This document shows positions 38,201-47,593 of a stretch of DNA of 64,000 nt, piece after piece (positions within the stretch are counted from its first letter, which is position 1; every line of letters begins with the position of its first letter). The stretch spans positions 4,572 through 68,571 of the IMG/VR virus record IMGVR_UViG_3300008259_000057. One strand, written 5' to 3'. Source of the stretch: a virus. The position numbers were made by a program, and so were the translations under genes. Under the pieces are notes generated by a model. It was not told the DNA's origin and made no database searches. It worked only from the letters and a program-made list of their open reading frames with translations.

Positions 38201-41069
38201 ACAAGGCGACACACGGATGCTCAAGTTTATGATCCGCAATGTAAACTCCATGCCTACCGATAAATACGCTGGAGACATTAGCGATGCAGCAAGAGCTTTG
38301 CGGACACGACTTGAATACGATGTATCTGGATTCTCTGCATACACAACTGAGCAGAAAGCTAAAGTTGATCGCACTGCTGCCGTAATGTTTGGAACAAATA
38401 AACCAAGCAAAGAACAATCTGACGCAGTAAAGGATGCTATTGATGAATCTGAGAAGACAGAACTTGGAAATGCTGGCGAGGTGGCTGGAGAAGTTGAGAA
38501 AGTAGAGAAAAGAACAAAGCGTAAAATTACCGATAAGATCGAGAAGGTTATCGGCAAAGGTTCTCTTAAAGGAATGATCCAAGCCGTTAAAGACACTCCG
38601 CTTGAGAAACAGCAAGAGCGTGGATGGATCGAGAAGGTTGTAAATGATTTTCTAATCAACGCTGGCCTTTCACCTGAAGCTGCATCTACTGCATCTAAAC
38701 TTTACGAGAGCCTAATCGCAGAACGCTTCGCTGCTGCAAAGCAAAAGGCATTTGAAGACAATCTTAAAAAGGCAGCACCTTGGAAAAACTACGCAGCTAG
38801 AAATAGCCGACTTGCAAAGGATGCACTAAATAAAGTTCAGGCTGCTATTAGAACTGGCGTTCTTGATCCAGAGAAAAACACTGAAAGCATTATTGCTGCT
38901 GAAAGCGGATGGAGCGGATTCACCAAGGATCAATACCAGAGAATCGTCCAACTAGACAGCATCATCAACGATCCGAAGCAGGACGATGTGACGAGACGCG
39001 AGGCAATGGCTGATCTGAATAAAGTCATATCGGATGCCAAGCTGCCAGTTAGATTCAAGGATGCTCTCGGAGCTTACTATGTAGGAAATGCACTGATGGG
39101 TATTCCCACATTGACGGTGAACATTGCTTCCCCGATTGGATTCACGGTTAGAAACCTAATGACCGATGTCAGCAAGTTTGCCTTTACTGATCCAGCTAGA
39201 ATTCCAGTCGCATTTGAGACTTTCATGGAGAGCATGAGGTCTTGGTATGACCAGACATCTTACGCATTCAAAAATCAAATTTACTTGAACGATGTCGTTG
39301 AATACCTGCAAGGCCAGAATGTATTGCGTGAGCTTTTCGATAAAGGCAAGAAGCAATGGGCTGAAGGCAAGTATGCAGAAGGATTCGTGAACATGGCAGT
39401 CGGCATGACGCAGATCACAGGACGAGTTCTTTCATCGCTTGATCAAGGCGCAATCTCCATGCTGGAGAATCAGAACATTACCAGATATGCGCTAGAAGCT
39501 CTTGCTAATACTAAAGGCAAGGTTCCAAAGGATAAGCTGAAAGAGTTTGCGAACATGGTTATTGATACTCGCAGGAAGACAATAGCTGAGAATATCGCTA
39601 ACGGGATGTCCCGTGATAGAGCTGGCGTTCTCGCTGACTTGGCTGTGAAGTCTGAGGTTATTTCTGCATTGGCTCAATACGATGTTAATCCAATGAATGT
39701 GCTGGACGCATCAATCAACGATGCGTTGCAGTCTGTTGGTAGAAATAAAACGCTAACGATTAAAGGCATCGAGCAATCTCAGAAGAATATTTCAGACGAA
39801 GGCTTCATGTCATATTGGCCGATCAAACTTCTTGAAATGGTTTCTGCTGGTGCAGGACGAGAAGGATCGTCAATGCAGATTTTCGCTAAGATGCTTTACG
39901 GATTCGCGCTGGTTCCAGCTAGAGTGTTCCATAATGTCGCTTGGTTCTCTCCGTATGGTTTCATTCGTCTTGGAATCGACAAGTATAAGAAGAACAAAGG
40001 AGAAGACTCGCCTTATGCCATGTCTCTTCAGACTGAAGCTCAATACAAGCAGAGGCTAACTGATGCAATCGCTGGTTCTGTTGCAATGCTTGGACTAGCT
40101 GCACTTAGCTCTGCATCAACTGATGAAGATGAAGACAAGAAGTTCAAGATCGTTATTACCGGAAACGGCCCTAGCGCAACTACAGATAAGCAATACTTTG
40201 ATTCTTGGATGAAGAAGTGGAAGCCATACAGCGTCCACATTGTCGTTAACGGAAACATTATCCCGATCAACATTGGTCGAGGTGGTGAAGCATTGTTCTT
40301 CCCAATCATGCTTGCTGGAGCGTTGGACGACTGGAAGATTAAGCAGAAGCAGAATCTCACTAAGAAAGAGCCAGAAGACTTGAGCGCGATTGCTCAGATG
40401 CTTGGTTCTTCGTTCTTCGCTTTAGCTCAAAGAGGTCCGTATGCCGCATTCACAAAGCCATTGTTCGACGCATCTAAAGACGGACGAGTTACTGAAGAGC
40501 TTGCTAGTCAGGCTGGATTCTTTGGAAAGACATTCATTCCGGTCATCGGTTCGTCGCTCTCTAGAAACATATCTGACTTGTTTAACGATCCGGTTGATAG
40601 GTCTTCTATCGAGGGTGCAATCTACGCTAATACGCCAGTTGTTGGGCCTTGGCTTGGAACGAAAGCATTGAACGCTCTAGGCCAACCAATCCGCGCTGAT
40701 GACTGGGGCGATAAGTTATTCAAGCTAGGCGTTCCAGTTGTATTCTCCTTCCCGAAAGAAACTCCGATGAATGAACTGAACGAGCTTATCCTAAAGCAAG
40801 GCAGCGGACCTACGATCCCAACTAGAGCTAACGCGCAGAAAAGATTCGGAGATGTCCTCACAGACAAAGAGTTTGAAGCGTATGTCCGTGAATACGGAAA
40901 GGTTATGTCTGACAAGATGTTCAAGAGCAGAACTAAACTTGCAAACTTAAAGCCAGCAGATTATGATGATGAGCTTGAAAAATACGCAAGGGGATATTCT
41001 ATCGACGGCATTAAGATTAAAGGTGCGTCAGATTCGGCAGTCCTTGCGGTCAAGCGCATGAGACAATGA
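32229..41069 (+). CDS. large polyvalent/internal virion protein with two ART-like domains and a zincin motif
   Basis: 2946 aa; GLFDDLLEED x2; WHRT/YHGT..F..F ART-PolyVal-like modules ending QIKSADPVT; THELGH. Confidence 0.8.
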   Translation: MGLFDDLLEEDELTQQPVQPQSQSRQGGLFDDLLEEDDIAPATQQPAAQPAYQYDHSGFRRKKPVAAEPKPEEQGILRQVADIPLGIARGGVTGIKMMTDILGADNAVSKSLAGVEGYMADLMSAQAKEDQQEISRIMKDAEDKGFGEQVKAGIKAFSIAPVDIMSQALGTMAPVIATGLAGSAAKLGALGMRAVQAGVGAGMGAGMIKGEIYNEVKNELVNSGIAEDAAEKAAVDAQSYGGKNLDQILLGAGLGAASTLGAEGIITRILTKQGTAPAAGVVSRVLKGGLTEAAPEAAQAAQEQLAKNVALQREGFDIDPSRGVVAAATMEAVAAAPLGGIAGAVERPAPIKTLAEENLEQTNEIARKVAENGAPLTASAIQDQAATNLRQDELAKQLEAQLEEELVAVKEPTAAPPAIKSKEEFTAIYSQVAPEELDAAEAGFTNTIATAATEEARANAQNALEAIKEVKATVTPPAPTVSAIERINEKRIELDSRAKKFGSDSVRQFNTQNALREDLPEDQNTLLNDYANLNAEIKGLPWRDASQLSPEQFSIWEKPRFTEKAQQEQDLTDLGKLSLAYDSRGDTQKAEKTNSIIEESKRKSDWTIDLWAERFDESKTQEEINEINSENIDWNDSVDSVLEIIKQRKKPVTPAVPTAQPPITDATQEIIQPEGVRQEPQDRVEGETPDETIARNRIFGAARGQEEGQVAPTPEPIISEIPATSELVGAEPTQPTIREVPEISPIVGAEPAAIVEQEPVAPTEAATAPVTTPPVTEAVTPEVAPANPPKVNEVIAVDRKNNTEFALVKGLLPERPDMFSIGIRLIGSTQPFESGGYGHNTNKDRIMQRFFEKERTRLQDIEVKNQYFKNILSEEEAKVSEIETQKAADKIAQEEQQRVFNEQKSSYEEAISKVKLPTGKSETMRFTAPDGSEQALDSTRYGNIGIRKVTSGKKPLYNVDHWHSGLRITQVASLSEAKKLAQAIIASGADISSKEIKESELEKMRPVVRYFLRGESVPQLPTPAVSETITPAAEPEGKAVTPAQEDVKVSRYRKFLGESAPQAISEAKNALSTFKTTMLGKRGDSPFQAEPRLRELKNVISLFVANRLNVTNQNADQIAEQIILGKPNIVDKVTELKPIKAKELDDIEANRSAIMRFGYELDDKKTYRHPREAEVIAATPAAEPAGISVGNRIKLGKSPQTYTIEEVIPQSATERELGEQYYSVKNERTGETQVVEARDLRQVKGKGARKIAAATRNEEYMRLAQDPEANREQLQRMVDEAAKNAGYTVDGWHRTDADFTIFKPSPDSQMIYFGLDEKGVDAFLERYAGRKVKAYLRSAKPLNTKDTPIPYREADRNRPLANTDYDSVFVRDETGLSIAVKDPSQIKSADPVTYDDEGNIIPLEERFQPTSPDIRRQAIDTTPEGILITPPDQQYTFNEVFDVAYDMFGGEIPEGFTIVNDSKDKDFEFKAAYIPESGEIIVNLAYLNKNDDIRDTITHELGHYIYGDPKFRAAFDQFIASLSPEARADLDAYVDTAYNKETGEIRLEEKMVRAFVDQFINEEQAPAWRSMLDAIKRFLNKLGFKFNISDRDAISVFTAALDRYKAGEAISREGGARKIIDDLTAMDGEYLAAVEEAKKTGDLTKVQRMVDEAAKTAMPKSVVTEPMISSKEKLADKPLLKVYHGTDAQFNVFERGRKGVTDFGFLGVIEGERNGIFFAENKDFAKTFAKSKGGDRVVPAFLNIAMPFELQDAQSIIESRELGSEFSIDYNMARWFFSRSNKWEAFDDADGKAFVDWLESKGFDGARIQEEGIGLPDEPTQDVWVALSPFQIKSADPVTFDDAGNVIPLSQRFRPTSPDIRRMAVEPAPKRRKEQVGGAEREETRYITTPKGILSMNTDVLREKFFDGTSVSPEKTTQAWGYISRLLDIKSGNANELAGEINDTVDADLLAKREAAIAAGEKVDPEEDVSKRIGAAMFSVELMNYAGRLAEQGDTRMLKFMIRNVNSMPTDKYAGDISDAARALRTRLEYDVSGFSAYTTEQKAKVDRTAAVMFGTNKPSKEQSDAVKDAIDESEKTELGNAGEVAGEVEKVEKRTKRKITDKIEKVIGKGSLKGMIQAVKDTPLEKQQERGWIEKVVNDFLINAGLSPEAASTASKLYESLIAERFAAAKQKAFEDNLKKAAPWKNYAARNSRLAKDALNKVQAAIRTGVLDPEKNTESIIAAESGWSGFTKDQYQRIVQLDSIINDPKQDDVTRREAMADLNKVISDAKLPVRFKDALGAYYVGNALMGIPTLTVNIASPIGFTVRNLMTDVSKFAFTDPARIPVAFETFMESMRSWYDQTSYAFKNQIYLNDVVEYLQGQNVLRELFDKGKKQWAEGKYAEGFVNMAVGMTQITGRVLSSLDQGAISMLENQNITRYALEALANTKGKVPKDKLKEFANMVIDTRRKTIAENIANGMSRDRAGVLADLAVKSEVISALAQYDVNPMNVLDASINDALQSVGRNKTLTIKGIEQSQKNISDEGFMSYWPIKLLEMVSAGAGREGSSMQIFAKMLYGFALVPARVFHNVAWFSPYGFIRLGIDKYKKNKGEDSPYAMSLQTEAQYKQRLTDAIAGSVAMLGLAALSSASTDEDEDKKFKIVITGNGPSATTDKQYFDSWMKKWKPYSVHIVVNGNIIPINIGRGGEALFFPIMLAGALDDWKIKQKQNLTKKEPEDLSAIAQMLGSSFFALAQRGPYAAFTKPLFDASKDGRVTEELASQAGFFGKTFIPVIGSSLSRNISDLFNDPVDRSSIEGAIYANTPVVGPWLGTKALNALGQPIRADDWGDKLFKLGVPVVFSFPKETPMNELNELILKQGSGPTIPTRANAQKRFGDVLTDKEFEAYVREYGKVMSDKMFKSRTKLANLKPADYDDELEKYARGYSIDGIKIKGASDSAVLAVKRMRQ

Positions 41070-41698
41070 TCGAATACGAGTTTATAGATATGTCAGACTC
41101 TCCTCCCGGCGGATGGAAGATTAAAGTTCCAAAGACCGGAGTTGAGTTTAAGCACTACGACTTCCGCGCTATCAGCAACGCATACAAGTCACACTGCAAT
41201 GCTAACGGGATATTGCTTTCTCCTAACTGGCAGGAAGAGTTCCTATCTGAGATGTGCAAGCAGAACCAGCATTGGGGCAGGAAGTGCAGACCAGCGGTAG
41301 CCAATAGCCTGAAGAGAAGGCGACTCTCTTTAACTGCTGTATTATCATTCCTGAACATGCTTAGAGCTTGGGCGCAATCAACGCTATCAGGCAAAGACGC
41401 ATTCGTTCCTCAAGAGGAGGCAGAGAGAAGGGCTGGCATTTGCGCTAATTGCCCGTTTAACACAACTCTACAGTTCTCCTGCGGTGCTTGCATGGGAGCA
41501 GTCTTAACGCTGATACACGGCATCCTCGGCAAAAGAAAGACGGAATACGACAGCAGCCTTGGAGCTTGCTTAATCTGTTCCTGTTCGCTTAAAGCTGCGG
41601 TGCATGTCCCGGTTGATGTGCAACGCGAGGGATTGAGCGATGAATTGAAGAACGACTTTGACGAAATCAAATACTGCTGGAAGAGAGTTGAGAAATGA
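41066..41698 (+). CDS. Cys-rich hypothetical protein
   Basis: PPGGW N-terminus; RA.IC.NC, C..C, C.IC.C, CWK. Confidence 0.65.
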   Translation: MIEYEFIDMSDSPPGGWKIKVPKTGVEFKHYDFRAISNAYKSHCNANGILLSPNWQEEFLSEMCKQNQHWGRKCRPAVANSLKRRRLSLTAVLSFLNMLRAWAQSTLSGKDAFVPQEEAERRAGICANCPFNTTLQFSCGACMGAVLTLIHGILGKRKTEYDSSLGACLICSCSLKAAVHVPVDVQREGLSDELKNDFDEIKYCWKRVEK

Positions 41699-42642
41699 AT
41701 TTTCTACATGAACGAGACTTTGGCGACATCATACTAAGCCTATCGGTGGTTCAAGCTGCTGGTGGAGGCAACTACTACATTCAAAACAATCCGAATGCAG
41801 TTAGGATGCTCAAGCCTCTGATAGAACTGCAACCATATATCAACAAGTGTAGCGAAAAGAATCTGCTGAGAATAGACAAGTCGTTCGTTGAATTTAGGAG
41901 TCAGGGATTACCTTGGGGTGTTCAGCTAGCAGAGCTTCACGCTAGATGGGTTAAACAGCCTACAGATTTCTCCAAGCCTTGGCTATCCGTTCCAAAAGAC
42001 AACAAGTTCAATGGCAGGATTATTGTTAACAAGACACAGCGATACGCTAACCCAATATTCCCTTGGACAGAACTTGTGAAGTTAATCGGAAGCAGGATGC
42101 TATTCGTTGGACACGATCACGAATACGAGCTGTTCTGCAAGAGATTCGGAAGAGTCGAAAGACTCATCATCAAAGACTACCTAGAGCTTGCTATTGCCAT
42201 CAATAGCTCGGACTGCTTCATCGGGAATCAAAGCTCCTCGAACTGCGTTGCGGAGGGACTAAAGCACAGAACGATTCAAGAAGTATGCTTGTGGCAACCG
42301 GATTGTATCTATAAACGAGACAACGCTACATTCTGCTACGATGGCACGATCAATACGAATGTTGCAGGAACTAGTATAAAACTGCAAAGTGGCCTATTGG
42401 TTACAAACATTAACAAAGCTCAAACCCCTGCTGGCAACTGGAGACTGACAGTCAACGGCAAGACGCTTAAGAGTTATGCGATAGATGCGCTAGTCATCGA
42501 GGCGCAAAGCAAAGGCGTTATAGGAACAAAGCTGGAGATCGAAGATATGATCGTAAAAGAGACGCTTCCAAGCATCACTGGAAACAATGTATCTGAACGA
42601 CTGGCTCACGACATTCAAAGAGTTAGAGACTTAATAGGATGA
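41695..42642 (+). CDS. GT9-like glycosyltransferase
   Basis: DFGDIILSL, FVG, FIGNQSS; paralog of 23384. Confidence 0.7.
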   Translation: MNFLHERDFGDIILSLSVVQAAGGGNYYIQNNPNAVRMLKPLIELQPYINKCSEKNLLRIDKSFVEFRSQGLPWGVQLAELHARWVKQPTDFSKPWLSVPKDNKFNGRIIVNKTQRYANPIFPWTELVKLIGSRMLFVGHDHEYELFCKRFGRVERLIIKDYLELAIAINSSDCFIGNQSSSNCVAEGLKHRTIQEVCLWQPDCIYKRDNATFCYDGTINTNVAGTSIKLQSGLLVTNINKAQTPAGNWRLTVNGKTLKSYAIDALVIEAQSKGVIGTKLEIEDMIVKETLPSITGNNVSERLAHDIQRVRDLIG

Positions 42643-43217
42643 ACGAAGCCAGCAAGGCAATGCGCCGAAGACTGATTGAGGATGAACTAGGAATCTTCAA
42701 CTGGAGCGAGATATTCACAGGTAACGGGATTGATGTAGGCTGCGGTCCTGACAAGATTTGGTATGATAGTTGCAGGGCATTCGATCTTGAACACGGAGAC
42801 GCGAATGTTATCTCGAAATACTTCTCCAACAAGTTCGACTATCTCCACGCCTCGCAGTGCTTGGAACACATGCACAATCCGTTTGAGGCTATCGTAGAGT
42901 GGCTGAAGATCGTTAAGACTGGTGGACACGCAGTTGTATCAATTCCAGACTGGGTTCTCTACGAAGGCAGAGTATGGCCCTCACGCTACAATCCAGACCA
43001 CAAAAGCACATGGAGCTTCACGCATGAGTCAAGCCCGGCAAAGCATCATGTCTATATCCCAAAGTTCTTGGAACACATCAAGCCATACGCATACGCGAAG
43101 AGGGCTATGCTGATTGACAATAATTACAACTACACACTAAGCAAAGACACCGACCAGACATTTGTAGAAGCAAATGGAGTTGAGGCATTTATCGAGTTAG
43201 TTCTATGCAAGCTGTAA
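42639..43217 (+). CDS. class I SAM-dependent methyltransferase
   Basis: GIDVGCG, FDYLHASQCLEH, KTGG. Confidence 0.85.
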   Translation: MNEASKAMRRRLIEDELGIFNWSEIFTGNGIDVGCGPDKIWYDSCRAFDLEHGDANVISKYFSNKFDYLHASQCLEHMHNPFEAIVEWLKIVKTGGHAVVSIPDWVLYEGRVWPSRYNPDHKSTWSFTHESSPAKHHVYIPKFLEHIKPYAYAKRAMLIDNNYNYTLSKDTDQTFVEANGVEAFIELVLCKL

Positions 43218-43762
43218 TAGTTCGCGCTAAACGGCAAGCAAAGGAAGTCGATAAACTTGTTAAGCACTGCAAGAGATTGGATGGAACGAGAGTCCTAGTC
43301 ATTGACGCTTGCGACAAAGTTACTTCATACCCAGAACGGAATAATCACGCGCTGCATCAGGCATTCGGAGTGATGAAGGATAAGCCTTTCGTTTGGCTGG
43401 AGCCTGACAGCATTCCGATAAAGAAAGACTGGATGCGAGAGTTGGAAGCTGAATACATCAAGCTAAGAAAACCAATCATGCTATCCAGCGACTCCAATCC
43501 TCCACATGATCTTATCGGAGGCATCGGGGTGTATGGAGGAATAGCTCGCAAGTTGATTCCTGTTGGCATCGAAAAGATCGGATGGGATGGATGGATTATC
43601 AATCACATCAAACCGCTGGTATCATTCACCTCACTGATCCAGCACTCATACGGAGATTATTCAAGAGGATGCCAGCCTCACATGTTCCCTAGAGACAATA
43701 GGATGATACGAAGTAATTCCGTGATCTTTCACAGAGACAAGTTTCAAGGATTAATTAATTAA
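43205..43762 (+). CDS. glycosyltransferase-like protein (W.EPD family)
   Basis: FVWLEPD, HDLIGGIGVY, LIQHS, FHRDK. Confidence 0.5.
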   Translation: MQAVIVRAKRQAKEVDKLVKHCKRLDGTRVLVIDACDKVTSYPERNNHALHQAFGVMKDKPFVWLEPDSIPIKKDWMRELEAEYIKLRKPIMLSSDSNPPHDLIGGIGVYGGIARKLIPVGIEKIGWDGWIINHIKPLVSFTSLIQHSYGDYSRGCQPHMFPRDNRMIRSNSVIFHRDKFQGLIN

Positions 43763-44395
43763 ATGGAAGTGTTTATACATGTATGTAAAAAAGACGAATA
43801 TCTTTTTAATAAATGGCTTAAATTTACAAGATCATTAGGAGATTTGCCTGAAATGATAGTTTGGGCAGAAGATGATGTTAATTTAGATTGCAAAATAGAT
43901 AAGTTTTTTAAATCAAAATATCCATATCCAACAGCCTGCTCTCATGTTTGGTATGAAGCTATTACAACAATTAATAAGCCAGTTTTATATCTAGAGCCAG
44001 ATGCATGGGTTTGTAATAAAAATTGGTATGAAATATTAAAAAAAGAATATAATTCATGTGGATGCCCCGGAGCATTAGTTACTTCTTCAGAAAATCCACC
44101 ACATGATATGGTTGGTGGAATTGGAATATATGACGCTTCTAAACTTCCGCTTCCATCATTTGATGATTTATTAAAACAAATACCAGAAAACGCTGCATTT
44201 GATTTATGGATAGGAAATTTAAATAATAATCATGTTTCAAAAACAAAATTAATAAGACATTCTTTTGGGATTTATTTAAATAATGTTCTTTCAGGTTTTC
44301 ATGTTTTTACAAATAAAGAACAATTTGAGTCAATTTGCTCTGGTGCAGCCTTATTTCATAAAGATGCTTTTGGAAGTGTAAGTAAATTTGTTTAA
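43763..44395 (+). CDS. glycosyltransferase-like protein (W.EPD family), AT-rich
   Basis: YLEPD, HDMVGGIGIY, LIRHS, FHKD. Confidence 0.5.
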   Translation: MEVFIHVCKKDEYLFNKWLKFTRSLGDLPEMIVWAEDDVNLDCKIDKFFKSKYPYPTACSHVWYEAITTINKPVLYLEPDAWVCNKNWYEILKKEYNSCGCPGALVTSSENPPHDMVGGIGIYDASKLPLPSFDDLLKQIPENAAFDLWIGNLNNNHVSKTKLIRHSFGIYLNNVLSGFHVFTNKEQFESICSGAALFHKDAFGSVSKFV

Positions 44396-46188
44396 CGGTA
44401 AATCGCCTTAAACTTACTGAAGCATTGCTTCCATCCCTTGCTCTCCGACTTGTTATTAGGATTAAGAGCCTTTGTTGCAGTTGTGCTATCTAGGTTCAGA
44501 CGCTCCCTTGCAAGAGCTAGAAGCCCCATCCCTGCGTCCGCAATGTCAGGAGAGATACCGAACCGCTGTTTCATCTCAGACTTAGGTAGAACCTTGATGC
44601 GTAATGCGAGATTCTTTTCTCCGTTGGGATCAAGTTTCCGCATACACATCTCTCGCATCAGATCGTCACCGATACCCTTTACCTGACCAGTCCGCATATA
44701 TTCCTTCGCGGAATACCAAATCTCAGAGACAGAGTTGACATATCTATCGTGAGACGGGGTTGGATCGTAGGCCGATACTGGCTTATCAGATGCCCTGCCA
44801 CCGAACTGCAAGCCGTAAACATCCTTCGACCAAGCTACCGAGATGAAGTCGCCTAGAGGTCCACCAGCACCAGACTTGTCGTAGCCTGCATTTCTAGGCT
44901 GAACTCCCCTAGCCAAGCATTCATTACGGAACCATTGCACAACCTGCTGCGATCTCGTCATAGACTGATCGGTGACATCTTCTTGGAAGATCAGATACTC
45001 GTCATACTCCAGCCCCTTGTATCCATGTGGTTCTGCCAGCTTACCTACAGTCCCGAAGTAGAGAACCGTTCTATCGCCACCATTCGTGAATGATGGATCG
45101 AGGAACGCAACCTTAACCTTATCGTTATCCAGCCATACAGCCTTATCAGTTGCCTTAGAATTTAGTATCTCTATTTCTGAGTAAATCTGATCGGTAATGC
45201 CTGCTGGACACCAGAAACCGCGATACATCCGCCAAAACGATGCTGTATTCCTAGCTTCCTCAGGAATCTTCTCAAAGTCTGCCGGACCCTCCATCCAAGA
45301 ATAAATCTTCTTCTTGGCAATCATGTTCGGGTTCTTGACACCATCGAAGTGCAAGCAGACTCCGCGAACCGTATCCCACTGATCGTCTTCAACAGTAATG
45401 GACTCCCAGCCATCCTTAGGCTTGGCGAACTTGCCGAATGCGTCCACATACGAGGCGGGGTTAGAGATGCCGATGAACTGGAAGCGTTCGCAACCTTTGG
45501 ACAAGTTGAAGAACGCAACCTCGGTGATAGCCTCAGATAGCTCTGAAAGCTCGTCAGCAACGAAGATAACATTCTTGTTGTGGATACCCTGCATCTTGCC
45601 TGTAGCGTCACGCTCCTTCTTCTTCTCACCGGGGATGAGGACGATGCCTGATAGGTCGGAACGCTTGCCGTCTTTAGCTACAAAGCTGATCTTGTTCTCT
45701 GAATCAACCAGCTTGCCGGGCAGTCCTAGTTGCTCGCAGACCCCCCAGTATTTCGTGATCTTACCCCAGATACGCTGCTTGGATGCCTTGATCGTTGTGG
45801 AGGTAGCGAGGACCGTTGTATTCTCAGGATCGGCTAGGTAATTCACAATAGCCCAGATTGCGTAAGCCTCCGACTTACCGCAGCCACCAGAGCCAGCAAT
45901 AGCTAGGTATTCGTGATCGCAGGCTGCTCGGATCATTCGCTCTGCCCAAGGATGCCAGATGAAATTAACTGCTGCCTTGCTGTCTTTCTCAGGCCAAAGA
46001 GCAATGGCAATTCGCTTGAAGTGATGGAATATATCGTATCCGCCAGTATCCTTCGGAATCCTGCCCTTAATCTTTTCACGGAACATCGCAAGCTCGATAG
46101 CTATTTGATGTGTTCCTTTCTTCCAGTTGAACCCGTATAAATGAAGATAACCCTCGATTGGATCACCGTAAATTGGTGCTGAAGTCAT
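44392..46188 (-). CDS. terL: terminase large subunit
   Basis: Walker A GSGGCGKS, Walker B FVADE, ISNP, nuclease FLDPS..GGD and SPDIADA. Confidence 0.85.
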   Translation of the reverse strand: MTSAPIYGDPIEGYLHLYGFNWKKGTHQIAIELAMFREKIKGRIPKDTGGYDIFHHFKRIAIALWPEKDSKAAVNFIWHPWAERMIRAACDHEYLAIAGSGGCGKSEAYAIWAIVNYLADPENTTVLATSTTIKASKQRIWGKITKYWGVCEQLGLPGKLVDSENKISFVAKDGKRSDLSGIVLIPGEKKKERDATGKMQGIHNKNVIFVADELSELSEAITEVAFFNLSKGCERFQFIGISNPASYVDAFGKFAKPKDGWESITVEDDQWDTVRGVCLHFDGVKNPNMIAKKKIYSWMEGPADFEKIPEEARNTASFWRMYRGFWCPAGITDQIYSEIEILNSKATDKAVWLDNDKVKVAFLDPSFTNGGDRTVLYFGTVGKLAEPHGYKGLEYDEYLIFQEDVTDQSMTRSQQVVQWFRNECLARGVQPRNAGYDKSGAGGPLGDFISVAWSKDVYGLQFGGRASDKPVSAYDPTPSHDRYVNSVSEIWYSAKEYMRTGQVKGIGDDLMREMCMRKLDPNGEKNLALRIKVLPKSEMKQRFGISPDIADAGMGLLALARERLNLDSTTATKALNPNNKSESKGWKQCFSKFKAIYR

Positions 46189-46196
46189 TCCTGTTT

Positions 46197-46259
46197 ATTT
46201 TACAAAAATATAAAACTCTTTCAATTATTTCTTGCAAATAAGTCATCTTATAGTAATCT
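46197..46259. promoter_or_regulatory. divergent sigma70-type promoter pair
   Basis: minus TTGAAA-16-TAAAAT (terL); plus TTGCAA-16-TAATCT. Confidence 0.55.
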
Positions 46260-46269
46260 CGATTTAGTG

Positions 46270-46623
46270 ATGAACATACTTGGTGATTTTCTTTTCAAGA
46301 AAACAAACGCAGAACTTTATATTGACGAGCATCGTCCGTCCGTTGTATTTGATATAACTGTTAGACCTGAAGATTATGTCAATGGAACAAACAATCACCC
46401 TACAAAGTCTCCTCTTGCTTTGGCTCTACAAAGGTCACTTGACGGAACTTCGTATCGGGTGGAAAGGGCGGGTCTTAAAGCTCTCGTTATTTCTCGCGGT
46501 ATTTACCAGTTTGCTTTCTTTATGCCTCGGCGGGTGTGGAGGAAGGTAAGTTGCCTAGAGTTCGGCGATAATCCGCCATCCTCGCCTATCAAGTTCACTG
46601 CTGAATTTGAGATGATTTTTTAA
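46270..46623 (+). CDS. hypothetical protein
   Basis: 117-aa ORF. Confidence 0.55.
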   Translation: MNILGDFLFKKTNAELYIDEHRPSVVFDITVRPEDYVNGTNNHPTKSPLALALQRSLDGTSYRVERAGLKALVISRGIYQFAFFMPRRVWRKVSCLEFGDNPPSSPIKFTAEFEMIF

Positions 46624-46627
46624 TTCT

Positions 46628-47593
46628 ATGAAGCTAGTTATACCTGTATCCAAGCACGACCGTCATTTGATCCCCAGCTTTGTCAAATGCCTAGATAAAT
46701 TCCCGATGGGAACTGAGCATGATCTTTTGATTATCGGCTCAAAGGAAAACGAAGAAGTCATCCTAGATTTCGAGAAGCAGATCAAGCACCTGTTCGACTC
46801 CTCTGAAACTCACATCATTGCAGACACGATGCTGGGTTGGCCGATGTCCTGTAACTTCTACTTCCAGCAGGCTTGCGCTCATATCCGCAAGGACAAAGAG
46901 CTGGATGCCTTCATGTGGTTTGAGTTGGACACTGTTCCTGTCAAGGAGGGCTGGCTTGATCTAATCTCTTTCGAGTATTACTCGGACACAACTAGGGCCG
47001 TTAAGGAGAAGCGCGATCCGATGATTTACATGGGAGCCAAGGAACGAGTCTATGAAGGCAGGAATGGCGAGCTAGTTCCTGAGTCAGTAGCAGGACACAA
47101 GATGGCGCAGGTCGGAGTGTATTCCACAGAAATATGCGATTCGCCTGTATTGAATTCCTTGTCCATGACTACACGGCATTGGACACATGTAATACAATGG
47201 TATGTCGTTAAGGAGTTAAAGGATTCTCCGCTGATTCAAAACAACTGGCGAACAAAAAATTATCGCTATTCTAGCGGACAAATAGTATGTGATTCGGTAG
47301 CCAATTTAGCTTGGGATGTTCATTGGAACAAAGCCGTAAACGAGGACGCAGTTATCGTTCACGGATGTAAAGATGACTCGCTTGTTAAGTTGTTGTTGAA
47401 CAATAATAGCAATGAGGATATGAAGATTGCAACGAACTTGACAGTTGAGGAAGCAGAAGAGATCGCCGATGACATTGAGGATAAGGTTGAAATAACCGAA
47501 TCTGAACTTGATAGGAAACTAAAGATTTACCAAAAGCGACTCGCCAACTTAAAGTTCTTCCAAAAGAAAACCCCACAGGAAGAAAATAAATGA
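46628..47593 (+). CDS. glycosyltransferase-like protein (W.E.D family)
   Basis: LVIPV, FMWFELD, VGVY, LIQNNW, VHGCKD. Confidence 0.5.
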   Translation: MKLVIPVSKHDRHLIPSFVKCLDKFPMGTEHDLLIIGSKENEEVILDFEKQIKHLFDSSETHIIADTMLGWPMSCNFYFQQACAHIRKDKELDAFMWFELDTVPVKEGWLDLISFEYYSDTTRAVKEKRDPMIYMGAKERVYEGRNGELVPESVAGHKMAQVGVYSTEICDSPVLNSLSMTTRHWTHVIQWYVVKELKDSPLIQNNWRTKNYRYSSGQIVCDSVANLAWDVHWNKAVNEDAVIVHGCKDDSLVKLLLNNNSNEDMKIATNLTVEEAEEIADDIEDKVEITESELDRKLKIYQKRLANLKFFQKKTPQEENK

